Source: an uncultured Bacilli bacterium (GTDB lineage: Bacteria > Bacillota_I > Bacilli_A > RF39 > UBA660). Taken from it: DNA of 48,467 nucleotides. The notes below the pieces were generated by a model. The model did no database searches and was not told the DNA's origin. It saw nothing but the letters and a program-made list of their open reading frames with translations. The stretch spans positions 1-48,467 of the forward strand of contig CANRCI010000001.1 in NCBI GenBank assembly GCA_947629075.1, read 5' to 3'. Both the position numbers and the translations under genes were made by a program. Positions 34,759 to 43,226 of this stretch are shown here, piece by piece. Each line of letters opens with the position of its first letter. The first letter of the stretch is position 1.

Positions 34759-36423
34759 ATGAAAAATAGAATAAAGGGATTATTGGTATTAATAGGACTT
34801 TCGTTGTTAGTTTTAAGTCCTGTTGATGTAAGTGCTGCCCAAAATACGAGTTTACTTCCAGCTAGTGGAAAAAATGTCGCATCTCCTGGTGATGAAATAA
34901 GTTATGTGATCACCCTTAGTAGTACTGACACAATAATCAGTTATAGAGCTAGTTTAGAGTATGACTCTTCAATATTACGACTAGTCAGTATAAGTAATGG
35001 TAGTGGATGGAGTGGTCAAAACAGCATATCTAGTCGTGATCTTTCATTTACTACAAATGGGGTTAGTGGTCAGAGCAATGTTGCTACTCTAAAGTTTAAG
35101 GTTGCAACTAACACTAGTAAAAAAAGCACCATCATTAGGTTAAACGGGGTTAATGTATGTGCCAAAGAAAGTAATACGCCGACTACTCCGGAGACGACTC
35201 CTACTACGCCAACTGATCCTGCAACTGCTGCATGTTCCAATATTACCACGTCACCAAAAACCTTAAACATTCAATCTAGCGATAATCAGTTATCGGCTTT
35301 AAAAGTAAATGGTAAGAGTGTATCTAACTTTTCCAAGAACAATTACGAATATGCGATGAGTGTTGAATCCAGTGTTGAGAAAGCTGTCATTAAAGCTACG
35401 ACTAATGATAGTTCTGCTAGTTTTGTCGATGGTTTTGGAAATAGAACCGTTGATCTTGAATACGGTGAAAACAAAATTGAAGTTCGTGTCAAATCAGAAC
35501 GAGGAGATCAACAAGTATATACGATTAGAATTAACCGTGAAGATGACCGAACTACTGAAAACCATTTGGAAGAAATAGTAATTGGTGATAAAAAAATAGA
35601 GAAGTTCGATAAAGATACTTTAAGTTACTATGTCAAAGTATATAAACAAGATAAAATTACAATTACAGCCTTGACGGTAGATGAAAAGGCTACTTATAAA
35701 GTTGATGGACCAACGACTTTGAAAATTGGTGAAAACGAATTTAAAATTACTGTAACTAGTGAAGCCGGAGAAGATTTAATCTATACCGTTACCGTTGATA
35801 ATATCGATAGTGAGATCAGTAAAAAGCTAAAATCTTTATCGATTAGTGGTTATGATATCGAATTTGATAAAAATAATCAGCGATATGAGATTTTGTATAA
35901 TAAAGATTTAATAAAGAAACTAAAGATTTATTTTACAACTGAAGCTAAAAGTGATGAAGTTACTGTTACAGTTACTCCTGATTTAGACGATAAAGAAGCT
36001 CTAGCTAAACTTAAAGCTGGAGATGAGATAGTTATTACTATTGAAGGTATTGATGGTGAAAAAGAAGAGTACGTAATAGTTTTAAAGAAAGATAAACGAA
36101 TTAATTTCTTCTTTGTTGTCGAATTAATAATCTTAATCGGTTTAATCGCTGCTATAACAGTAGTAGTTATCAAACGTAAGAAAGATAAAAATAACCCTAC
36201 AAAGAAAGAAAAGACAAAAAAAGAAAATGATAATGATGACGATGATTCAGTTGTAATTGCTAAACATGGTAAAACTGCAAGTAGTCGTGTTGAGCGTTAT
36301 GATGAAGAAAAACCTAAAAAGAAAAAGAGATTTTCCATCTATGAAGATGAATATGAAGAAGTAGAAATTGAAGTAGATGATGAAGATGAAGAAGAAATAG
36401 GTCAAACTAAAGAGTATAAATGA
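34759..36423 (+). CDS. Surface protein: signal peptide, cohesin-like domain, Thr/Pro linker, three cadherin-like beta-sandwich repeats, C-terminal TM and charged tail
   Basis: Signal peptide ..VDVSAAQN; TPTTPETTPTTPTDP linker; three repeats of type L..L.V.G..V..F....Y.Y...V...; TM FFFVVELIILIGLIAAITVVVI; K/D/E-rich tail. Confidence 0.65.
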   Translation: MKNRIKGLLVLIGLSLLVLSPVDVSAAQNTSLLPASGKNVASPGDEISYVITLSSTDTIISYRASLEYDSSILRLVSISNGSGWSGQNSISSRDLSFTTNGVSGQSNVATLKFKVATNTSKKSTIIRLNGVNVCAKESNTPTTPETTPTTPTDPATAACSNITTSPKTLNIQSSDNQLSALKVNGKSVSNFSKNNYEYAMSVESSVEKAVIKATTNDSSASFVDGFGNRTVDLEYGENKIEVRVKSERGDQQVYTIRINREDDRTTENHLEEIVIGDKKIEKFDKDTLSYYVKVYKQDKITITALTVDEKATYKVDGPTTLKIGENEFKITVTSEAGEDLIYTVTVDNIDSEISKKLKSLSISGYDIEFDKNNQRYEILYNKDLIKKLKIYFTTEAKSDEVTVTVTPDLDDKEALAKLKAGDEIVITIEGIDGEKEEYVIVLKKDKRINFFFVVELIILIGLIAAITVVVIKRKKDKNNPTKKEKTKKENDNDDDDSVVIAKHGKTASSRVERYDEEKPKKKKRFSIYEDEYEEVEIEVDDEDEEEIGQTKEYK

Positions 36424-36477
36424 TTTGGGAGAAAGAAATAGACTATTTAGTTTATTTCTTTTGTTCTAGGAGGAATT

Positions 36478-36996
36478 ATGAATAAGTTTATTCCTAAAAT
36501 GTATGTTAAAAGTATTTATGATATCGATTATAAAAAACTAAAAAAGTCTGGTATTAAATGTATTATGTTCGATTTGGATAATACATTAGCTCTAATTGAT
36601 GAAGCTGAACCACCTAAAAAAGTTTTACAGTTTTTAAAAAAACTACAACGAGAATTTGATATCTATATCATTTCTAACAATTATAAAAAGAGAATCGAAA
36701 AATTCTGTCAACCTTTCGATTGCGATTTTGTCTTTTTCTCATTAAAGCCATCTACTTTGGGACTTAGAAGAGTAAAGAGAAAAAAGAATTATCAAAAGAG
36801 TGAAATGTGCATTGTCGGTGATCAATTGGTAACTGATATACTTGCAGGAAATAGATTTAAAGTATATACTGTACTGGTGGACCCATTGGGAGAAAAAGAT
36901 TTAAAGATTACGTCACTTAATAGATATCTTGAAAATAAAATCCTTAAAAAGACGGCGAGGCAGGGAACTTTAGAAAGAGGTAAATATTATGAGTAA
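36478..36996 (+). CDS. yqeG: YqeG-family HAD phosphatase
   Basis: FDLDNTL and GDQLVTDI motifs. Synteny with yqeH. Confidence 0.8.
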   Translation: MNKFIPKMYVKSIYDIDYKKLKKSGIKCIMFDLDNTLALIDEAEPPKKVLQFLKKLQREFDIYIISNNYKKRIEKFCQPFDCDFVFFSLKPSTLGLRRVKRKKNYQKSEMCIVGDQLVTDILAGNRFKVYTVLVDPLGEKDLKITSLNRYLENKILKKTARQGTLERGKYYE

Positions 36997-37996
36997 AGAA
37001 AAGTATTGTCTTGGATGTGGAGTAAAACTTCAAGATGATAACATTAAACAAGAGGGTTATACTTCTAGTTTAGATAATGACATATGTAGTAGATGTTTTA
37101 GAATGAAAAATTATGGTGAATATCAAGTAGTTGCTAAATCCAATGAAGATTTTATTAACATTCTAAAAAGTATTAATAAGACTAAAGATTTGGTTTTATA
37201 TATCGTCGATATTCTAAATACTTATGATGATATAAATTACATTAGGGATTATATCGATAATAAGATGATTTTAGTTTTAAATAAGAGGGATGTTCTACCT
37301 AAAAGTGTTAAAGATGAGAAGTTGATTGCTTATTTTAAAAATTTAGGACTAGATTTTCAGGATATCTTAATAGCGTCAGCGAATAAGAATTACAATGTCG
37401 ATGATTTGATGGCAATGATTAAGAAATATAAAACCAGTAGAAATGTCTATGTAGTTGGACATACTAATGTTGGAAAAAGTACAATGATCAGTAAACTCAT
37501 TAAGAATTATTCGGAATATGATAGTCCACTTACCATATCACCACTTCCTTCGACTACTTTAGATAAAATTACGATTAAAATAAGTGATGATTTGACGATT
37601 ATCGATACTCCGGGGTTAATAGATCGCGGTAGTATTGTGAATTACATTGATCAAGATGCTTTGAAAAAGATCAATCCCAAGAAAGAGATTAAACCGAAGA
37701 CTTATCAGATTAAACCTAATCAAGCTCTAATTATCGATGATTTAGTTAGAATAGATTATGTCGAAGGAGAGAGGAATAGTTTTACTGTCTATATGTCTAA
37801 CAATTTGAAAATCAAACGTGTCGTAGCTTCGCGTCACGATGAACTAACTAATTTAACTAAGACTAGTATCGATATGAATTATCATGAAGATTTAGTTATT
37901 GATGGCCTAGGTTTTATCAAAATAGTCAACAAAGGAAAAATAGATGTCTACGTTCCGATGAATGTTAAAGTTTTCAAAAGAGAATCACTAATTTAG
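36989..37996 (+). CDS. yqeH: Ribosome biogenesis GTPase YqeH
   Basis: N-terminal CxGC..CxRC zinc finger, then a circularly permuted GTPase (LNKRD then GHTNVGKST). Confidence 0.85.
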   Translation: MSKEKYCLGCGVKLQDDNIKQEGYTSSLDNDICSRCFRMKNYGEYQVVAKSNEDFINILKSINKTKDLVLYIVDILNTYDDINYIRDYIDNKMILVLNKRDVLPKSVKDEKLIAYFKNLGLDFQDILIASANKNYNVDDLMAMIKKYKTSRNVYVVGHTNVGKSTMISKLIKNYSEYDSPLTISPLPSTTLDKITIKISDDLTIIDTPGLIDRGSIVNYIDQDALKKINPKKEIKPKTYQIKPNQALIIDDLVRIDYVEGERNSFTVYMSNNLKIKRVVASRHDELTNLTKTSIDMNYHEDLVIDGLGFIKIVNKGKIDVYVPMNVKVFKRESLI

Positions 37997-38040
37997 TGAT
38001 TTTTTTATGGACAAAAATTGCTTCTTTTTCCGCTAATTCG

Positions 38041-38069
38041 TTGAAAATGCTTTATTTTTATACTATAAT
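38041..38069 (+). promoter_or_regulatory. Sigma-A-type promoter
   Basis: TTGAAA, 17-nt spacer, TATAAT. It lies inside the ORF-track extension of the next gene. Confidence 0.55.
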
Positions 38070-38085
38070 GAAATTGGGTGTTAAG

Positions 38086-38808
38086 ATGATAATAAACGTT
38101 AAAAATATGAACATTAATTACATACAATATGGTGAAGGGCATGATGTGGTTCTTCTTCACGGATGGGGGCAAAACATCGAAATGATGAGACCCTTAGGTG
38201 ATAGATTACAAAAAAATCATCGCATTACCATCATCGATTTACCGGGGTTTGGCCAGAGTAGTGAACCAGACGTTGAACTTACAATCTATGACTATTGTGA
38301 TGTCGTCGAGCAAGTTCTAAAGAAATTAAAAGTTAAAAATCCGGTGATGATCGGTCATTCGTTTGGTGGTCGCATTTCCATAATTTATGCATCGCGTAAC
38401 AAATGTCATCGTCTAGTACTTTTCGGAAGTCCTTGTGTTCGTGAGGAGGAAAAGGAAAGCCTGAAAGTTAAAATGTTAAAATCGTTAAAGAAAGTTCCTT
38501 TTTTAAGACCGTTTGAGGATTTTGCTAAAAAACACATCGGATCTAGAGATTATCGCAATGCCTCAGTTGTCATGCGTAAAGTCTTGGTTAACACCGTCAA
38601 TGAAGATTTGAGCGATTGTGCTAAAAAGATCGAGTGTCCAACCCTTTTAATTTGGGGAGATAACGACACTGAAGAACCAGTTAGTAGTGCTAAAAAAATG
38701 GAAGCTCTACTACAAGATGGTGCTTTAATAATTCTTCCTAATTCTACACATTATGCTTATTTAGAGAATTTGGTTCAAGTTGTTAATATAATTAACAATT
38801 TTATATAG
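38086..38808 (+). CDS. Alpha/beta-fold hydrolase
   Basis: HGWGQN oxyanion region, GHSFGG nucleophile elbow, and a C-terminal His (STHYAY). Confidence 0.75.
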   Translation: MIINVKNMNINYIQYGEGHDVVLLHGWGQNIEMMRPLGDRLQKNHRITIIDLPGFGQSSEPDVELTIYDYCDVVEQVLKKLKVKNPVMIGHSFGGRISIIYASRNKCHRLVLFGSPCVREEEKESLKVKMLKSLKKVPFLRPFEDFAKKHIGSRDYRNASVVMRKVLVNTVNEDLSDCAKKIECPTLLIWGDNDTEEPVSSAKKMEALLQDGALIILPNSTHYAYLENLVQVVNIINNFI

Positions 38809-38818
38809 GAGTTAAACT

Positions 38819-40426
38819 ATGGTTTATTTTGTTTATTTATTTGCTATTTTTTATGCCTTTTACATTACTAAACGAAGTTTTCACATGTTACAGGAAAACT
38901 TGTACAATGAGAACAATCGTTATTTGAAGTGGGTTAAAAACAATTTCAAAGATGTCATTACCAATTATGCTTGGTTTTCTTTCTTTTTTGTACTTTTAAC
39001 TTATTTTACCCCTAATATCTATATTATTTATTTTTTATTAGCTTGTAGCATTATTTCTTGTTTCGGTGCGGTTAGTCAAGAGAGAGAAAAGAGAAATCAG
39101 AGTCAAAATAAAAAGCCTCTTGTCATTACTAAACGTATAAAAAGACTTTATGTAACGACGGGAATAATCTATTTTTTACCACTCTTAATTGCGGTCATTT
39201 TTAGAAATCTACGCTATACGATGTTGTTGATTACGACTTTTCTTTGTGCGCTTAACTATTTAGTAGTATACATTTCTATGTTAATCAATTATCCAATTGA
39301 AATGAGTATTAATTATTCATATCGTAGAAAAGCGATGAAAAAACTTAAAAGTATGCCGGATTTGAAAGTAATTGGCATTACGGGAAGTTATGGTAAGACT
39401 AGTTGTAAAAATATTTTAGCAGACATTTTAAATATAAAGTATAATTGTCTTCCAACTCCCAAAAGTATCAATACTGTAGTAGGTCTCATCATGACAATCA
39501 ACAATCAACTTAGTAAATTTGATGATATCTTTGTAGCGGAGATGGGTGCTTATGTCGTGGGAGAAATCCACCGCTTATGTAAGTTGGTCAATCCTAAATA
39601 CGGAATTATCACGAGTATTGGAACAGCTCACTTGGAGACTTTCGGTAGCGAAGAGAATATTCAACATGGTAAGATGGAGTTAATCGAATATCTACCTAGT
39701 GATGGTGTCGGTGTTTTAAACCGCGATGATCCTAAACAGAGAGATTACGAATTAAAAAATGATTGTAAAATATTATGGATTGGTATCGAATCAGAAGATG
39801 TCGATGTCAGAGCAATAGATATCAAGTGCGATTCTAAAGGTACCAGTTTTAAATGTGTATTTAAAGGTGATAAGAAAAAGTATTCGTTTACAACTAAGTT
39901 ACTTGGTCGCCACAACGTCTATAACATTTTATCTGCTCTAGCTCTAGGATATGAATTGGGAATTAGTCCTGAAGAGTTAATCAGAGCTGTAAAAAGAGTA
40001 AAACCAATTCCTAATAGATTGGAATTAAAAAAGATGTATGGCTTTAATTACATTGCTGATGATTACAATTCTAATCCCGTTGGGGCCAAGAGTGCTTTAG
40101 ATGTATTGGCGATGATGGACGGATACCGAGTAGTAGTTACTCCAGGAATGGTTGAGTTAGGTGAAAAACAAGATTATTACAATAAAGAATTTGGTAGTAA
40201 TATTGCCGACATTAAGCCTGATCTAGTAATTTTAGTTGGCAGTGAAAATACCAAAGCAATTCATAAGGGATTAATTGAAAATGGCTATAAAGAAAAAAAT
40301 ATTCAAGTTATCGAAAGAGTAACTGAGGCCTTTCAAATTATAAATGGTATAAAGACTAAAAAAGAAATATATGCACTGTTCGAAAACGATTTAACTGATT
40401 CATATATAAAAGGAGGAAAAAAATGA
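38819..40426 (+). CDS. MurF-like Mur ligase with an N-terminal polytopic membrane domain
   Basis: Residues ~1-160 carry 4-5 hydrophobic helices. Then GITGSYGKTS P-loop, AEMGA, TSIGTAHLE, GRHNVYN, DDYNSNP and GMVELG: typical MurF central and C-terminal domains. Confidence 0.7.
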   Translation: MVYFVYLFAIFYAFYITKRSFHMLQENLYNENNRYLKWVKNNFKDVITNYAWFSFFFVLLTYFTPNIYIIYFLLACSIISCFGAVSQEREKRNQSQNKKPLVITKRIKRLYVTTGIIYFLPLLIAVIFRNLRYTMLLITTFLCALNYLVVYISMLINYPIEMSINYSYRRKAMKKLKSMPDLKVIGITGSYGKTSCKNILADILNIKYNCLPTPKSINTVVGLIMTINNQLSKFDDIFVAEMGAYVVGEIHRLCKLVNPKYGIITSIGTAHLETFGSEENIQHGKMELIEYLPSDGVGVLNRDDPKQRDYELKNDCKILWIGIESEDVDVRAIDIKCDSKGTSFKCVFKGDKKKYSFTTKLLGRHNVYNILSALALGYELGISPEELIRAVKRVKPIPNRLELKKMYGFNYIADDYNSNPVGAKSALDVLAMMDGYRVVVTPGMVELGEKQDYYNKEFGSNIADIKPDLVILVGSENTKAIHKGLIENGYKEKNIQVIERVTEAFQIINGIKTKKEIYALFENDLTDSYIKGGKK

Positions 40427-41619
40427 TAAAAGTAGGTGTAATTTTTGGTGGAGAAAGCGTTGAACACGAGGTAAGTATTATTTCTGCTGTTCAAGCTATG
40501 GATAAAATGGATAGGGAGAAGTATGAAGTAATCCCTATATATATAACCAAGGATCGTGAATGGTATACTGGTGAAGTATTGAAATCAATCGAAACTTTCC
40601 AAGATTTGAATTTGGTAAAACGATATGCTAAAAACGTCGTTTTGATTTCTAAGAACGGTAGATTTATTCTACAGGGTAAAGGTCTTTTTAAATCAATTGT
40701 CAAAGAGATCGATATCGCTTTTCCAATCGTTCATGGAACTAATGTTGAAGATGGAGCCTTACAGGGATATCTAAAAAGCATTGGTATTCCAATCGTCGGT
40801 AGTGATGTTGCCGGTAGTGCTTTAGGTCAAGATAAAGTGTTACAAAAACAGATTTGGGAGAATTTTGATATTCCATTTGCTAAATATGTTTGGTTTTATG
40901 ATAACGAATATGATGAAGATAGCGATGAAATAATAAAAAAGGTCGAAAAATTAAAATACCCAGTAATTGTAAAACCAGCCACTTTAGGAAGTAGTGTGGG
41001 AATTGAAGTTGCTAAAAATCGTGAAGAATTAGTCGCAGCAATTGAAAACGCTTGTGAATACGACGAAAAGATCTTGGTGGAAGAAGTAATTTCCAATTTG
41101 AAAGAAGTAAATATCAGCGTTTTGGGTAACCATGCTAGTCAAGAGTTGAGTGCTATCGAAGAAGTAATTAGTGATAACGACATCCTTACTTATGAAGATA
41201 AGTATATCGGAGAAGCTAAGAAGGGTGCTACTAAATCTTATGGAAGTAAAGGAATGGCTTCAGCTAGTCGTAAACTTCCAGCTAAAATTACGAAAAAAGA
41301 AGAAGAAGAGATTAGAGATATCGCTGTAAAAGCATTTAAATCACTAAATCTTTGTGGATGTACCAGAATCGATTTCCTTATCGATGATAAAAAGAAAAAA
41401 GTATATATTAACGAAGTAAATACTATTCCTGGAAGTTTAGCTTTCTATTTATGGGAATGCGTTGGCAAAGAATATACTGAACTTTTAGATGATATGATTA
41501 ATATAGCAATTAAAGAATATAAACATAAAATTAGTAAAGTTCATTCTTTTGAGAGCAATATTTTAGCAGGATATACATCTCTTAAAGGAGCAAAAGGAAT
41601 GAAAGGGAAATTGCGATAA
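40423..41619 (+). CDS. ddl: D-alanine--D-alanine ligase family (ATP-grasp), long form
   Basis: GGESVEHEVS, HGTNVEDGALQG, VKPATLGSSVGI and INEVNTIPG motifs. 398 aa, with an extended segment after YEDKY. Confidence 0.8.
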   Translation: MIKVGVIFGGESVEHEVSIISAVQAMDKMDREKYEVIPIYITKDREWYTGEVLKSIETFQDLNLVKRYAKNVVLISKNGRFILQGKGLFKSIVKEIDIAFPIVHGTNVEDGALQGYLKSIGIPIVGSDVAGSALGQDKVLQKQIWENFDIPFAKYVWFYDNEYDEDSDEIIKKVEKLKYPVIVKPATLGSSVGIEVAKNREELVAAIENACEYDEKILVEEVISNLKEVNISVLGNHASQELSAIEEVISDNDILTYEDKYIGEAKKGATKSYGSKGMASASRKLPAKITKKEEEEIRDIAVKAFKSLNLCGCTRIDFLIDDKKKKVYINEVNTIPGSLAFYLWECVGKEYTELLDDMINIAIKEYKHKISKVHSFESNILAGYTSLKGAKGMKGKLR

Positions 41620-41663
41620 GTTAAATTATTAGTAATTATTAACATTATTTGGGGGATGATATA

Positions 41664-42803
41664 ATGGATGATATTTTTAATTATTTAACCGATTTATTTG
41701 ATGATGTTCCAGTACCAGAAGTTAAGATTACTGTTGATCACGATTTAGATAAAGAGGAATTTGAAAATGTTAAAGAATTAATTTTATCAACCCCTGGTAT
41801 TACTGGTGTCGATTTTAAAGGAACAGTATCTGTTAATTTTATTGAACAAATTAAATGTCTTTTAGAGATTTCACCACTAGTAGATGATAAAAGTGTTGAA
41901 AAAATTGTTTTAGTAAATTTTAATCGTAAAGAATTAGAAAAACTGTTAAATTTAAATTATGTCAATCCTGAAACTTGGAGTATTGCTTATAAATATGAAG
42001 ATAATTCTTTTAAAGTAGCTCTTCTTCCCGAGGTGAGAAAGATCGAAGAATACATTTCTTTGATAAGTAGCAGTTTAAAGAAAAATTTAACTCCTTTAGA
42101 ACTGATAAAAGAGTTGTATGACTTTGTTAAACTGTTGGAACCTAAGGAAGAAGCATCTAATCTTCTTCAGGATATAATTAATACTCGTACTGCTAGTAGT
42201 TATGGATTTAGTTATTTACTACAGGAGTTGTTGGCGCGATTTAACATTCCTTCATATATTATTGATGTATCGCGTGATAAAAAATTATTTCATTCTCTAT
42301 TAGTTGAAATAAATGATGACAAATACCTAGCTTCAGGGATGTATCTTTTCGATCCTGAGAGTGATGCTGTACCAAAGCATTCTTATCGCAATGATCTAGC
42401 AAGGCATGTAAATTACAATTTTTTTGCTCTTAGCTGTGAAGAGGTTCAGCGACTAGTTTATGGTGATAAATTTGCAGGAATCATGGGAGCACTGATGATC
42501 AGTGATGAGGAGTTTGGCTTTAGAAAATATCGCAGGCGTAAAAACATTCGCGAAGTTACTAAGATAGAGAATACTTTCGATACTAATTATTTAGGCTTGA
42601 AAGAAAAAATAAACACAACTAAAAACATTCCTCAAGATATGAAAGTGAAATTGTTTACTAGTAATGTCAAAAAAGAACTGATCAAACTAAATAAAAATAT
42701 CGATGTAAAACATATTATTAAAGAGAATTATTTAGTTAAACGCCAAGAAATGTTTATAGAAGAGAAAAAAGAGATAGAACCGGTAGATATTTATGATATT
42801 TAA
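41664..42803 (+). CDS. Hypothetical protein, possible degenerate transglutaminase-like core
   Basis: ASSYGFSYLLQELLARFNIPSYIIDV .. HSLLVEI .. GMYLFDPESD parallels the Cys-His-Asp transglutaminase-like core, with Ser where the Cys would be. Confidence 0.35.
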   Translation: MDDIFNYLTDLFDDVPVPEVKITVDHDLDKEEFENVKELILSTPGITGVDFKGTVSVNFIEQIKCLLEISPLVDDKSVEKIVLVNFNRKELEKLLNLNYVNPETWSIAYKYEDNSFKVALLPEVRKIEEYISLISSSLKKNLTPLELIKELYDFVKLLEPKEEASNLLQDIINTRTASSYGFSYLLQELLARFNIPSYIIDVSRDKKLFHSLLVEINDDKYLASGMYLFDPESDAVPKHSYRNDLARHVNYNFFALSCEEVQRLVYGDKFAGIMGALMISDEEFGFRKYRRRKNIREVTKIENTFDTNYLGLKEKINTTKNIPQDMKVKLFTSNVKKELIKLNKNIDVKHIIKENYLVKRQEMFIEEKKEIEPVDIYDI

Positions 42804-42833
42804 AACTTAACGGTTTTATTTTTTTTGGCCTTA

Positions 42834-42842
42834 TGGTATAAT
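42834..42842 (+). promoter_or_regulatory. Extended -10 promoter element upstream of the tad-like operon
   Basis: TGgTATAAT. It lies inside the ORF-track extension 42825..42869. Confidence 0.4.
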
Positions 42843-42869
42843 TTAATTATTAAAATAGGGGTGAAATTT

Positions 42870-43226
42870 ATGCCTAAAACTAATAGTAAAGGACAAGCTT
42901 TAGTAGAATTTTTACTTATCTTGCCAATTTTTCTGTTCATTCTTTTGGCAGTCGTAGATTTTGGCAGAATTTTTGTTACTAGAAGTAATTTGGAATCCCT
43001 TTCTAGTGAAGCAGTAAAGCTCTATGAAAAAGATAGTAATTATGATACCGTCAACAAAGAATTAAAAGAAATATCATCAGATGAGTTTGTTTTGTCTATT
43101 GACAAAAACGGTAATAAAGTTAAGATTGTCGTTCAACGTGATGTAAGCATTATGACACCTGGTTTACAACAAGTTTTAGGTAAAGTTTACAAAGCTAGTA
43201 GTGAAAGAGTGATTTTAGATGAATAA
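42870..43226 (+). CDS. TadE-like pseudopilin
   Basis: MPKTNSKG|QALVEFLLILPIFLFILLAVVDFGRIF: TadE N-terminal motif with Gly-1 and Glu+5. Confidence 0.75.
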   Translation: MPKTNSKGQALVEFLLILPIFLFILLAVVDFGRIFVTRSNLESLSSEAVKLYEKDSNYDTVNKELKEISSDEFVLSIDKNGNKVKIVVQRDVSIMTPGLQQVLGKVYKASSERVILDE

